The position numbers and the translations under genes were made by a program. The notes under the pieces were generated by a model that ran no database searches, was not told the DNA's origin, and was given only the letters and a program-made list of their open reading frames with translations. Below are positions 47,512-57,826 of a stretch of DNA of 64,000 nucleotides, in pieces. The first letter of the stretch is position 1. Each line of letters begins with the position of its first letter. The DNA is from Coprothermobacterota bacterium (GTDB lineage Bacteria; Coprothermobacterota; Coprothermobacteria; Coprothermobacterales; Coprothermobacteraceae): positions 64,001 through 128,000 of the forward strand of contig JAZIGN010000001.1 of NCBI GenBank assembly GCA_036679065.1, read 5' to 3'.

Positions 47512-49266
47512 ATGATTCTTACCGCCCTTGCAGTGGTTTTTGCCCTGAGGTTTTACCCCTGGGGAGCAGTCCTGTTCGTCCCGTTATTTGTTTTCTTAAA
47601 GAAGAAACGCTGGATAGCCATTGTTGGTGTTGTGGTAGTACTGCTTGCATACACAAGCATTTATAGATCCGTAAGCATGGATGGTCAGGTTTTCAAAGGG
47701 ACTGTGGTGGTGGACTCTGATGGTAAAGGGTACTACAGGGGCTTTGTGCCCGTTTGTTCGAGCGATGTTGGTGTGCTTAGCGGTACTTTCCAAATGAATT
47801 GGCACAAATACCACTGCGCTGTTCCCGTGAAGGTGAATACTTTAGAGACGCCTTTGTTTCGTGTCAGATCAGCAATGGAAAACAGGTTGGGTAGTCTACA
47901 ATCGGGTTCATTACTAAATGCACTAGTTTTGGGCAGTCCGCTACCTTTAAGAATTCAAGAGCAAGCTATAAAGACAGGTATTTTGCATGTCTTTGCCATA
48001 TCAGGCCTGCAGACAACTTTACTTATGGGTTACGTTTACAGGTGGAGCAAGAACAAGATTGCAACAATGTTGCTTGGCCTCGTTTTAATCATCTTTTACG
48101 GTTTTTCTGCCTCGGTGCTGCGTAGTGTACTCATGTACGGGGTAATGCTGTCCATACCAAAGGGCAGGAAACTTGGATTAGGTGGAGTTGCCGCCGCGGG
48201 TTTGGCAGCATCTTGCTTAGATCCGCTATTTTTCACCCGAACGGCATCTTTATTGTCTTTACTGGGCGCAGCTGCCGTGGTTTACTGGGGCGATTCCAAA
48301 TGGTCAAGCGTGAAAATCAGCTTGACGTTACTACCGGCGAGCCTGCTTTTCTTTCATTCTATTTCTCTGCTAGGTGCTTTTTTTACTGTGCTACTTGTAC
48401 CAGTGTTCACGTTGTTGTACGCACTTGGCATTTTGTATGTGATTATGCCACTAAGACTACTAAGTTACTTAGTTGACATGGTGGGCATGGCTATTCTGTC
48501 GCTACATGAACTGGTGGAACTGTTGCCTGCGTGGATGTTGCTTAATTTTAGTTCTCGAGAGGTTCTTGTCATCCTTGTTGGTGTTGTCTTAACTGCATTG
48601 CTAAGACGTTGGTGGTTGCCGGTGCTCACATGCATAGCATTACTGCTACTCCCTGCTCAAAGCCGTGTCATTTTCCTGGACGTCGGCCAGGGTTCAGCTA
48701 CCTTGGTACAAAAGGGCTCTTACGGGCTACTTATAGACACCTCGGACAGGGCTGTTGTTTTGCGTGATGTGAGGTGGTATGGCATTAGGCACTTGGGACT
48801 CATAATCAGCCATGACGATAAAGACCACAATGGAATGCAGGAACAAGTTATGCTTTCTTTTCATCCCAAGTTTATGGATCCATACAAGGATGATGTGATC
48901 AGTTTCGGGCCCATAAGAGCTGAAACTGTATGGCCACCACCTGGAATGGTGGGCACTGATAACGAACTGAGTAAAGTGATTTACTTACCAGAGTTTAATG
49001 GGCTCATAACAGGGGATGTGCCGGCAGCTTATTTGCCTAATGGTGACTATAGTTTCTTTACTGTGCCTCATCATGGAGCCAAACTTACAGAGCTGAGTTT
49101 GACTTCTTCGGTGGCGGTAATTTCTGTGGGTAAGAATGCTTATGGCCACCCAAATAAGGACACACTAAAAGTGCTTGAAAGTAAACATATGAAGGTGTAC
49201 CGAACAGACTACTGTGGTGACATAATCTATGAACAAGGCAGGGTTTCTTGCCCGTCCAACCGATAA
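47512..49266 (+). CDS. comEC: DNA uptake channel ComEC/Rec2
   Basis: HVFAISGLQ and SVLRS motifs; MBL domain with FLDVGQG, SHDDKDH, PHHG and YGHP. Confidence 0.88.
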   Translation: MILTALAVVFALRFYPWGAVLFVPLFVFLKKKRWIAIVGVVVVLLAYTSIYRSVSMDGQVFKGTVVVDSDGKGYYRGFVPVCSSDVGVLSGTFQMNWHKYHCAVPVKVNTLETPLFRVRSAMENRLGSLQSGSLLNALVLGSPLPLRIQEQAIKTGILHVFAISGLQTTLLMGYVYRWSKNKIATMLLGLVLIIFYGFSASVLRSVLMYGVMLSIPKGRKLGLGGVAAAGLAASCLDPLFFTRTASLLSLLGAAAVVYWGDSKWSSVKISLTLLPASLLFFHSISLLGAFFTVLLVPVFTLLYALGILYVIMPLRLLSYLVDMVGMAILSLHELVELLPAWMLLNFSSREVLVILVGVVLTALLRRWWLPVLTCIALLLLPAQSRVIFLDVGQGSATLVQKGSYGLLIDTSDRAVVLRDVRWYGIRHLGLIISHDDKDHNGMQEQVMLSFHPKFMDPYKDDVISFGPIRAETVWPPPGMVGTDNELSKVIYLPEFNGLITGDVPAAYLPNGDYSFFTVPHHGAKLTELSLTSSVAVISVGKNAYGHPNKDTLKVLESKHMKVYRTDYCGDIIYEQGRVSCPSNR

Positions 49267-49350
49267 CTGTGGCTGCTTGGTTTGTGCCGGTTGTTTTCGC
49301 CTTGAAAGTCAGGTTTTCGCTGTAGTGATGCTGTTTTTTGAGCATTTTAG

Positions 49351-49359
49351 TGGTATAAT
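49351..49359 (+). promoter_or_regulatory. Extended -10 promoter, probably giving a leaderless transcript
   Basis: TGGTATAAT lies 6 nt before ATG 49366, with no SD. Confidence 0.6.
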
Positions 49360-49365
49360 TTAAAT

Positions 49366-50835
49366 ATGAAAATGAGCGTGAGTGTGAAAAAGGTTCTCAT
49401 TGCAATCGGTTTCTTACTTATATTTTTGGTGTCTTTTGTAGGTGGTGTTTTTGCTCAGAAGGTGATCATGCCTCAAGGAGAAGGTGTTGATTTAGCCGAT
49501 CTCGTCTCAAGCGCCGCTGAACGGTTTTCCAGCATAACTGGTTCAAAAGGAGACCAAGTATGGCTGATAGCTGGTTTGGATACGGTGGGAGAAATGAAGG
49601 GTGCAGGTTCTGTGGGGCACAACGACACGCTGATTTTGGCGTTTATCCGTGGGAGTACTATTAATCTGCTTTACATACCTAGAGACTCCTTGGTTGACAT
49701 ACCAGACAAAGGTGTGACAAAGGTGGGGCATACCTTTCTCTATGGTGGTGTGAGGAAACTTGCTGAAACCATTAAACAGAACTTTGGCGTGGCTGTAGAT
49801 CATTACGTGGTAGTTAATTTCAGTACGGTGATTGAAATGGTTGACCTTATGGGAGGTCTTAAGGTGGAAGTGCCTCAGAGGTATTGCTATCAAGGTGTAG
49901 GAGTACCTAGATACACGTGCATTGACAAGGGTACTCATACACTTAATGGTACAGAATTCTTGGTTTATTGGCGAATAAGGGATTATGGGAGGACACATGT
50001 CTCAGATTTAACAAGGATACAAAGGCAGATCGATTTACTCTTGGGAACCGATTTGAAAGATCAAGTAATATCAAAGCTTTCTCCTAGTTTTGTATCAAGT
50101 GCAGTGGATGTGTGGAGCAAGTACGTGCTTTCTGATGTTAGCCTGATGGAGATAGCTAGTTTGGCAAACAAGTGGAAGGATGCTCACATCGAAGCTGATG
50201 TGCTAACCGGAGATTCTTTCATTAGCCGCGTGTTTGACTTGGGTGTTCCTGTTTCAGTGTATCAGTGGGATGCGCAGTGGCTTAAGAGCTGGTATATAGA
50301 GAAATTCGGTCCTATGGGGCAAACGTTAGCTAACGGAGTCAATCCGCCTAAGCTGAGTGCTCCGCGGCCCACCGATTCCAGCTCAAGCAAGGAAACGTCT
50401 GGCAACAATAATAGTAGCGGCAGCAGCGAAGGCAAAACATCCACAACCAGTAATAGTGGAAGCAACAGTAGTGACTCCACAGGTGGCACGGCCACGCAAT
50501 CACCAACGGCATCGACTACGACAACGACAACGACGACAACGACAACGACTACTCAGAATTCTTCAGAGAGCAATGCAACCACGAATGTGAATGATACAGC
50601 TACACAAAGCGTGCCAGAGTTACCACCTGAGCTGGAGAACAATACTACTGTGGCAACAGGAGCTGTGAACGACGAAATTCCAGGCCCCGTGATTACGCCA
50701 ACTACTGCAACCCCTCCGGAAGAAAACTATAACGATTCCTGTGAGGGAAGCGGTTATGACTCAAAGAGTAATGAGGCTGAAACATTGACAGTGACCAACG
50801 CATACACTGAAACACCAACTGAGGGTGGACACTAG
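49366..50835 (+). CDS. LCP (LytR-CpsA-Psr) family protein with Ser/Thr-rich tail
   Basis: TM segment; GLD, NDT, IPRDS, VDLMGG, YWRIR and R..RQ motifs; low-complexity C-terminus. Confidence 0.88.
   Translation: MKMSVSVKKVLIAIGFLLIFLVSFVGGVFAQKVIMPQGEGVDLADLVSSAAERFSSITGSKGDQVWLIAGLDTVGEMKGAGSVGHNDTLILAFIRGSTINLLYIPRDSLVDIPDKGVTKVGHTFLYGGVRKLAETIKQNFGVAVDHYVVVNFSTVIEMVDLMGGLKVEVPQRYCYQGVGVPRYTCIDKGTHTLNGTEFLVYWRIRDYGRTHVSDLTRIQRQIDLLLGTDLKDQVISKLSPSFVSSAVDVWSKYVLSDVSLMEIASLANKWKDAHIEADVLTGDSFISRVFDLGVPVSVYQWDAQWLKSWYIEKFGPMGQTLANGVNPPKLSAPRPTDSSSSKETSGNNNSSGSSEGKTSTTSNSGSNSSDSTGGTATQSPTASTTTTTTTTTTTTTQNSSESNATTNVNDTATQSVPELPPELENNTTVATGAVNDEIPGPVITPTTATPPEENYNDSCEGSGYDSKSNEAETLTVTNAYTETPTEGGH
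50515..50553 (+). repeat. ACN trinucleotide tract encoding 13 Thr
   Basis: ACT ACG ACA ACG ACA ACG ACG ACA ACG ACA ACG ACT ACT. Confidence 0.9.
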
Positions 50836-50863
50836 CATGATTTTCTTGCAGCTGTGAGGTAAG

Positions 50864-51337
50864 GTGTTTTTGGTGGTGTCAAAGTCTTCCATGAAAAGAG
50901 CTTTTGACCTGCTAGGCGGGAACGAGAAGCTTTTTTGGTTTTTGGAAGTTTCAAGAAAGTGGGATACACTAGATACTTGGCTTAAGGATTTAGTGTTTCC
51001 TTCTGCCTTGCAAGGGACAGTGGTTGTTATGGATTACTACAGTCCTGTGGGTAGAATGAAGCTGCTTTACAACAAGGATGATGTATTAACAGAACTGAAG
51101 AGGTTCTTGCCTTTTGCAGAGGATGTAAAGGTTGGAAAGGCAAGAAAAAGGGAGAGTTTTTCACACCTAAGTGAAAAACTTACACGAAGTAAGAAAACAG
51201 AGAAACGGCTCTTAGAGCTATCTGATGTGGACGCAGACGGCGTGTGCACGGATGGCATTAAAGATAAAGAGTTAGCCGAATTATTTGGTAAGTTTGTAAA
51301 GGTTAGGAGGGCATGGCAGGAATGGAAAAAAGCTTAA
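50864..51337 (+). CDS. Probable DciA/DUF721 family protein
   Basis: W..L...L...V.P...QG.V.V...SP....L...K..L pattern; directly upstream of gyrB. Confidence 0.55.
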   Translation: MFLVVSKSSMKRAFDLLGGNEKLFWFLEVSRKWDTLDTWLKDLVFPSALQGTVVVMDYYSPVGRMKLLYNKDDVLTELKRFLPFAEDVKVGKARKRESFSHLSEKLTRSKKTEKRLLELSDVDADGVCTDGIKDKELAELFGKFVKVRRAWQEWKKA

Positions 51338-53235
51338 AAACGAAAAACTACGGTGCTGAACAGATCAAAGTTTTAGGCGATCTTGAGGGCGTTAGGAAAC
51401 GCCCTGCCATGTACATAGGAAGTACGGACAAGAATGGTTTGCACCATCTCATTTGGGAGATTGTAGACAATGCCATCGACGAAGCCATGGCGGGCTTCTG
51501 CGATCACATAAAAGTGGTGCTTTACAAAGATGGTTCAGTGTTAGTTGAAGACAACGGCCGTGGTATACCGGTGGAGATTCATCCTCAGGAAGGCCGTCCT
51601 ACCGTAGAAGTGGTGTTAACAAAGTTGCACGCTGGTGGTAAGTTCGGTGGTCAGGCTTACAAAGCTAGCGGCGGTTTGCATGGCGTGGGTTTGTCCGTGG
51701 TAAATGCTCTTAGTGAATGGCTTGAAATAACTGTAAAAAGAGATGGAACGGTATATTGGCAACGTTACGAGTTTGGTAAACCTGTAACAGAGGTTAAAGA
51801 AATTGGTCAGTACGATGATACTGAAAACTCAGCCACCATAGTGCAGTTCAAGCCTGACAAATCCATCTTTGCTGATACGCGTTTTGACTACGATGTTATC
51901 AGGCAGCGTTTAAGAGAGCTTGCTTTCTTAAACAGTGAGGTTACCATTGAGCTGCAAAGGGAAGGCAGTGAGCCAGAATTCTTCCACTTTGAGTCAGGCT
52001 TAGCTGGCTTACTTGAAGAGGTTGCTAACAGCTCAGAAAAAATCATTGATGTGCTTCGTTTTTCAGGCGCACAGCAAGATGTCCAAGTTGAGGTTGCTTT
52101 TACTTACGTGGACGATTTTGATGAGAACATTGTGTCTTTTGTGAACTCCGTTAGAACGGTAGATGGAGGAACTCACGTTCAGGGCTTAAGATCGGCAATA
52201 TCTAAAACGCTGGCTGAAGTGGGTAAGAGAAAAGGGTTGCTCAAGGATAACAATGTCTCCAGTGACGACTTTCGTCAGGGATTAAGAGCAGTGGTGGCAG
52301 TTAGGGTACCAGAGCCTGAGTTTGAAGGTCAAACCAAAGGTAAACTGGGCTCCAAATATGTAAGGAACATTGTAGAGGATGTAGTATCCAAGGCTTTTGA
52401 AAGTTATTTGGAGACGCAAAACGATGTTACAAAGACCTTGATTCAGAGGGCCTTAGCTTCTGCTGAAATGCGCGAAACCTTCAAACGCACTCGAGAAATG
52501 ATGAAGAACAGACTCAGAGTGGAATCTACGGTACTGCCAGGAAAGCTGTCAGATTGTTCCAGTCGTGATGTGGAAAAACGTGAACTTCTCATCGTAGAGG
52601 GAGAAAGCGCTGGTGGATCAGCGAAGCAAGGCCGTGATAGGACTATTCAAGCAGTACTACCGCTCAGAGGAAAAATACTGAACGTTGAGAAAGCTAGCTG
52701 GAAGCGTGTTTTGGATAATGAAGAGATTCAGGCGCTTATAGCTGCTATTGGCACTGGCGTGGGTGAGCATTTTAACTTTGCAAAACTACGTTACGGAAAA
52801 ATTATTATCATGACTGATGCTGACGTGGACGGTGCTCACATTAGAACGTTGCTTCTCACGTTCTTCTTTAGAATGATGCGTCCTTTGGTGGAAGAGGGAC
52901 ACATCTACATTGCTCAGCCGCCTCTGTACAAGATTGAAAGGAAGAAGAGCAAAGACATTATCTACCTGTATTCTGATGAAGACTTGCAGGCTTTCTTAAG
53001 AGAGCATGAGGGCGAGAATTTTGAGATACAGCGTTACAAGGGGTTAGGTGAAATGAACGCTGAGCAGTTGTGGGAAACCACTCTTAACCCCGAAACGCGT
53101 AATTTGTACATGGTGACTGTGGAAGACGCTGAAAAAGCAGACGAGCTGTTTTCGGTGCTAATGGGAGAAAAGGTTCAACCCAGAAAAGAGTTCATATTTG
53201 CTAATGCGAACTTAGTTAAGAACTTGGATGTGTGA
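51313..53235 (+). CDS. gyrB: Type IIA topoisomerase B subunit (GyrB-like)
   Basis: RKRPAMYIG, EIVDNAIDE, GLHGVG, VEGESAGG, PLRGK, MTDADVDG and YKGLGEM motifs; ends in NLDV. Confidence 0.93.
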   Translation: MAGMEKSLKTKNYGAEQIKVLGDLEGVRKRPAMYIGSTDKNGLHHLIWEIVDNAIDEAMAGFCDHIKVVLYKDGSVLVEDNGRGIPVEIHPQEGRPTVEVVLTKLHAGGKFGGQAYKASGGLHGVGLSVVNALSEWLEITVKRDGTVYWQRYEFGKPVTEVKEIGQYDDTENSATIVQFKPDKSIFADTRFDYDVIRQRLRELAFLNSEVTIELQREGSEPEFFHFESGLAGLLEEVANSSEKIIDVLRFSGAQQDVQVEVAFTYVDDFDENIVSFVNSVRTVDGGTHVQGLRSAISKTLAEVGKRKGLLKDNNVSSDDFRQGLRAVVAVRVPEPEFEGQTKGKLGSKYVRNIVEDVVSKAFESYLETQNDVTKTLIQRALASAEMRETFKRTREMMKNRLRVESTVLPGKLSDCSSRDVEKRELLIVEGESAGGSAKQGRDRTIQAVLPLRGKILNVEKASWKRVLDNEEIQALIAAIGTGVGEHFNFAKLRYGKIIIMTDADVDGAHIRTLLLTFFFRMMRPLVEEGHIYIAQPPLYKIERKKSKDIIYLYSDEDLQAFLREHEGENFEIQRYKGLGEMNAEQLWETTLNPETRNLYMVTVEDAEKADELFSVLMGEKVQPRKEFIFANANLVKNLDV

Positions 53236-53249
53236 GGTGTTATTGAGTT

Positions 53250-55526
53250 ATGGCAGGTATTCATGAAAGGGAAATTACTGAAGAACTAAAACAGTCTTAT
53301 ATTGATTACGCCATGAGCGTCATCGTAGGAAGAGCTCTTCCTGACGTTCGTGATGGCTTGAAGCCGGTGCAAAGGCGAATCATTTACTCCATGTCGGAGA
53401 CGGGAAGTACTTACAATAATCCATACAAAAAATCTGCTCGTATTGTGGGTGACGTGCTTGGTAAGTACCATCCACATGGTGACGCTTCTGTTTACGACGC
53501 ACTGGTGCGTATGGCACAGGACTTTGTTATGCGTTATCCACTGGTGGACGGTCATGGAAACTTTGGATCCATGGACGGAGACCCGCCAGCAGCTATGCGT
53601 TACACTGAGGTGAGGTTAACACGACTTTCTGACTATCTTGTGCAGGATTTAGATAAGGATACGGTAAACTGGGTTCCAAACTTCGATGGCAGTTTAAAGG
53701 AGCCCGAAGTTCTTCCCGCTGTGTTTCCTCAGCTCTTGGTTAATGGTTCCAGTGGTATTGCTGTAGGCGTATCGACGTACATCCCACCTCACAACTTGGG
53801 CGAAATCATCGATGCCACGTTGCACTTCCTTCACAATCCGGAAGTAACATCTAGGCAACTTATGAGGTTTGTTAAAGGTCCGGATTTTCCAACTGGCGGT
53901 CAGATTATTAATCCCCAAGATCTTGTAAAGGTTTATGAAGAAGGTAAGGGTGTAATTCGCGTACGTGGCCGAGCTAAGTTGGAAGAGGGGCACGGGCAAA
54001 GACGAAGGTTAGTTATTTATGAAATACCTTACATGGTCAACAAAGCAGAGCTGGTGTCTCAAATTGCCCAGCTCATTCGAGATAGAAAATTATCTGGTGT
54101 TGACGAGGTCAGAGACGAAAGTAACAGGCAGGGCGTCAGAGTGGTATTGGAGCTCAAGAAAGGCGCCAGTTTCCACCACATTCTGAACCAACTGTATGAA
54201 CAGACCGCTTTGGAAAACAGCTTTGCGATTAACATGGTTGCACTAAAAGACGGGGCTCCTGTTCAACTAACCTTGCGTGATTACATCGCCTCATTCGTGG
54301 ATTTTAGGAAAGAAACCATTTTAAGAAGAACACGTTATTTGCTGGATAAAGCTTCGAAGCGCCGCGAAGTTGTAGAGGGTATTCTTAAGGCGCTGGATAA
54401 CATTGATTTGGTTATTGACATTATCCGAAATGCGGAAACTACAGATCAGGCAAAGAGACGCCTCATGTCACAGATAGACCTAACAGAGGTGCAAGCAGAG
54501 GCTGTGTTGGAGATAAAGCTTAGATCTTTGGTTCACATGGAAAAGGAAAAAGTTGAGCAAGAGCTGGAATCCCTTTTGAAAGCCATTGCTGAGTACACTG
54601 AGATACTTAACAGTGAAACCAAGCTACTGGAAGTTATCGCTGAGGAGCTTAAACATGTGAAAAAAATGTTTGCTGATCAAAGAAGAACGCTAATTGGATT
54701 CTCGGATCAGCAAACAGAGACAGTACAAGCTGCCGAAGAAACATTCTTCATTGAATTGTTGGAGTACGGCATCATTAGAAGGTCAAAAACGCAGACAAAC
54801 TTGGTGGACTTTATTGAGGTGCAGGGAAGTGACCCGGTTATGTTCCTGACGAACTTTGGAAAGATATTCTGCATATCTGCCTACGAAATTCCTGAAAGTC
54901 AACGTGGCGTTGCTTTGAACGCTCTATTTCCTATGGGGAATGATGAGAAAGTGCTGCTATTAGGGACTCAAAACCAAGAGCTTATTGCCATCAGTGAAAA
55001 AGGAAAAGGAAAACGTTTCAGATTGGACGTGGAAAAGATCCCATCTCGAGGTGGCTATTACTTCCTGCTTGACCCAGGTGACATGGTATCAGTCATAGTT
55101 CCTGTAACTAGCAAAGAACTTGTTGTTATTAGTGCTCAGGGCAAGGCATTGCGTTTGGATGTGGAGAGTATTCCAGAACGTGGGCTTCGTACAGGCGGAG
55201 TTAAGGTTATGAGAACTTACGAAGGGGACCGAGTAGTGGGGGCGACATGCTTAAAACAGAAATACATCGTTACTATGACAGAAAACGCATATGCTAAGCG
55301 AACGGACATAGATGAAATACCCAAGAGAAATAGAGGCGCTGCAGGTGTTTTCATACATAAAGCTAATGAAACTACTGGCCCAGTAATAGGGGTTTCTTGT
55401 AACGAGAATATGCTTTACCGCTCAGGCAGAGAATGGCTTCCCTTAAGCATGAGTGACATACCGGTTTGTTCCAAGGCTTCCATGGGGAAGAAGGTTCTAA
55501 GAACCTTAATCAATCGGTTGGTTTGA
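53250..55526 (+). CDS. gyrA: Type IIA topoisomerase A subunit (GyrA/ParC-like; no GyrA-box seen)
   Basis: [29 protein letters not shown] (catalytic Tyr) and GPDFPTGG motifs; beta-pinwheel CTD. Confidence 0.85.
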   Translation: MAGIHEREITEELKQSYIDYAMSVIVGRALPDVRDGLKPVQRRIIYSMSETGSTYNNPYKKSARIVGDVLGKYHPHGDASVYDALVRMAQDFVMRYPLVDGHGNFGSMDGDPPAAMRYTEVRLTRLSDYLVQDLDKDTVNWVPNFDGSLKEPEVLPAVFPQLLVNGSSGIAVGVSTYIPPHNLGEIIDATLHFLHNPEVTSRQLMRFVKGPDFPTGGQIINPQDLVKVYEEGKGVIRVRGRAKLEEGHGQRRRLVIYEIPYMVNKAELVSQIAQLIRDRKLSGVDEVRDESNRQGVRVVLELKKGASFHHILNQLYEQTALENSFAINMVALKDGAPVQLTLRDYIASFVDFRKETILRRTRYLLDKASKRREVVEGILKALDNIDLVIDIIRNAETTDQAKRRLMSQIDLTEVQAEAVLEIKLRSLVHMEKEKVEQELESLLKAIAEYTEILNSETKLLEVIAEELKHVKKMFADQRRTLIGFSDQQTETVQAAEETFFIELLEYGIIRRSKTQTNLVDFIEVQGSDPVMFLTNFGKIFCISAYEIPESQRGVALNALFPMGNDEKVLLLGTQNQELIAISEKGKGKRFRLDVEKIPSRGGYYFLLDPGDMVSVIVPVTSKELVVISAQGKALRLDVESIPERGLRTGGVKVMRTYEGDRVVGATCLKQKYIVTMTENAYAKRTDIDEIPKRNRGAAGVFIHKANETTGPVIGVSCNENMLYRSGREWLPLSMSDIPVCSKASMGKKVLRTLINRLV

Positions 55527-55545
55527 GGAAGGCTGTGATCTTAAA

Positions 55546-55929
55546 ATGGCTTATAAGTTTCTCGATCATACAGCAGATTTAGGCGTTGAAGTAACTGGAG
55601 AATCTACTGAGGAGCTTTTGCAATCTTGTTTGGATGCCCTTAGGGAATGGAGCTTCCAAGAGGTAGGTTCTTCCTGCATTACGCACAATGTGGAACTTTA
55701 TGGAGACACTGAAACGGAGCTTTGGTTCAAGTTCTTGAACGAAGTTGTTTTTTACATGGACAAAAACGAAGCGCCTCTGAAAGTGAGCTTAAAAGAGTAC
55801 CACTTAGGCTGTAGTTGCTACTTAAGAGCTGAGCTAATCACGGCTGAACATAGTAAGAGAAAACAAGCCGTAAAGGCTTTTACTTTGCACAATTTTGGCT
55901 TCTCAGTGCAGATGATTTTTGATGTGTAA
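55546..55929 (+). CDS. Archease
   Basis: YKFLDHTAD...VKAFTLH...IFDV; adjacent to rtcB. Confidence 0.9.
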   Translation: MAYKFLDHTADLGVEVTGESTEELLQSCLDALREWSFQEVGSSCITHNVELYGDTETELWFKFLNEVVFYMDKNEAPLKVSLKEYHLGCSCYLRAELITAEHSKRKQAVKAFTLHNFGFSVQMIFDV

Positions 55930-55979
55930 CTTGTGATGAGGGTGGTCAGTAGGTAACAAGAGAAAGGAGGTGGGCAATT

Positions 55980-57413
55980 GTGTGGAGACAATTGGATGAG
56001 TTCGTGTACGAGATTCCTTTGGGGGCAAAGGAGGGTATGCACGTACCCGGACGCATTTTCGCTACGGAATCCATATTGAAACAAGCCGAGGCAGACAAAG
56101 CCTTGGAGCAGGTGGTGAACGTGGCTACACTGCCTGGCATTCTAAAGTATTCATTGGCCATGCCTGACATCCACTGGGGTTACGGTTTTCCCATTGGGGG
56201 CGTGGCAGCTTTTGACGTGGATCGGGGTGTGATTACACCTGGAGGAATTGGTTTTGACATAAACTGCGGTGTCAGACTGCTCGTTACGCCACTAACGGAG
56301 GACGAAGTCCGGCCTAAGCTCAGTGAGCTACTGGACGTCCTCTACAGGGAAGTGCCCAGCGGTGTGGGCTCAGAAGGTTTCATAAAGCTTTCGGAAAGAG
56401 AACTAAATAAGGTGTTAGAAATGGGTGCCAAATGGGCCGTAGAACAGGGATATGGGACCGATGAGGACCTTGAGAGGTTGGAGTCACAAGGTCAGCTCAA
56501 AGGTGCTGACGCCAGTAAGGTGTCCAAAAGAGCCAAAGAGCGTGGTTTGGAACAGTTAGGAACGCTGGGTTCTGGAAATCACTTCTTGGAAGTTCAGAAA
56601 GTGGACGAGGTTTTCGATGAAAAGGTCGCCAAACAGATGGGCATTTTCCCAGGGCAGGTGACCGTAATGCTGCATACGGGTTCTCGTGGGCTAGGACACC
56701 AAGTAGCCACAGATTACATCGATGTAATGCTGAAAGCATCGAAGAAATATGGTATAAAGCTCGTTGATAAACAGCTGGCTGCTGCTCCCTTTAGGAGTGA
56801 AGAGGGCCTCAATTACTGGGCAGCAATGCAGTGCGCAGCTAACTTTGCCTGGGCGAACCGCCAAGTTATTACTGATTACATCAGAAAAGCTTTCATTAAG
56901 GTGTTCGGTAACGAAGTAAAGAACAGGATTAGTGTGATTTACGATGTGGCTCATAACATTGCAAAACTGGAAAAACACATGGTGGACGGCATGGAGAGAG
57001 AACTGGTAGTCCACAGAAAAGGGGCTACACGGTCATTTCCAGCCCATCATCCTGAGCTGCCATCTGTTTATGAAAACATTGGCCAGCCTGTAATCATACC
57101 GGGAAGCATGGGCTCAAGTTCTTTCTTGCTTATTGGATTACCTGGTAGCATGGAGCAATCATGGGGCTCCACTTGTCACGGGGCTGGCAGAGTCATGAGC
57201 AGGAAGGAAGCCATTAGAAGAGGTAATTACCCTGCCCTCATAGATAGTCTAGGAGAAAAGGGCATACTGGTAAGGAGTGCTGAGAGAGAAACGCTGTTAG
57301 AGGAAGCTCCTGAAGCTTATAAAGACGTGGACGAAGTTGTAAATGTGGTGGTGCAAGTGGGACTTAACAGTAAGGTGGCCAGGATGAGACCCATGGGGGT
57401 TGTCAAAGGTTGA
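55980..57413 (+). CDS. rtcB: RtcB RNA ligase
   Basis: MPDIHWGYGFPIGG, DINCG, GNHFLE, HTGSRG, HNIAK, HRKGA and HGAGR motifs. Confidence 0.96.
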   Translation: MWRQLDEFVYEIPLGAKEGMHVPGRIFATESILKQAEADKALEQVVNVATLPGILKYSLAMPDIHWGYGFPIGGVAAFDVDRGVITPGGIGFDINCGVRLLVTPLTEDEVRPKLSELLDVLYREVPSGVGSEGFIKLSERELNKVLEMGAKWAVEQGYGTDEDLERLESQGQLKGADASKVSKRAKERGLEQLGTLGSGNHFLEVQKVDEVFDEKVAKQMGIFPGQVTVMLHTGSRGLGHQVATDYIDVMLKASKKYGIKLVDKQLAAAPFRSEEGLNYWAAMQCAANFAWANRQVITDYIRKAFIKVFGNEVKNRISVIYDVAHNIAKLEKHMVDGMERELVVHRKGATRSFPAHHPELPSVYENIGQPVIIPGSMGSSSFLLIGLPGSMEQSWGSTCHGAGRVMSRKEAIRRGNYPALIDSLGEKGILVRSAERETLLEEAPEAYKDVDEVVNVVVQVGLNSKVARMRPMGVVKG

Positions 57414-57826
57414 TTAAAGCATGTACGCCTGAGGAGACGGTGGAAGCCGGCTATTCATTTGCTTCTAACCTCAAAAAGGGGGACTTGGTGCTTCTTTTTG
57501 GGGTGCTAGGAGCTGGCAAAACCACGTTTATTCGGGGTGTGGCTCAGCGTCTCGCGCCTGGTGCGAAGGTTTCTTCACCGTCCTTCAATCTTCTGAGGAT
57601 TTACAACATGCCCAGTGGAGAACATTTGTACCACTTGGACTTCTACAGGGTTTTTAGTGTGAAAGAGTTGTGGGACATACGGATTGAAGAGTTTTTGGAA
57701 GATGGTGTGGTGTTGGTGGAATGGCCTGGGCGTTTCCCCGATCTACTGTCTTTACCGCATTGGAAGGTGATTTTTAAGGTTCTGGAGGATGACTGCAGGT
57801 GGATATCATTCACAAAGTGCTCGTAA
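57410..57826 (+). CDS. tsaE: t6A biosynthesis ATPase TsaE
   Basis: GVLGAGKTTF, SSPSF, HLDFYR and VEWP motifs. Confidence 0.93.
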   Translation: MIKACTPEETVEAGYSFASNLKKGDLVLLFGVLGAGKTTFIRGVAQRLAPGAKVSSPSFNLLRIYNMPSGEHLYHLDFYRVFSVKELWDIRIEEFLEDGVVLVEWPGRFPDLLSLPHWKVIFKVLEDDCRWISFTKCS

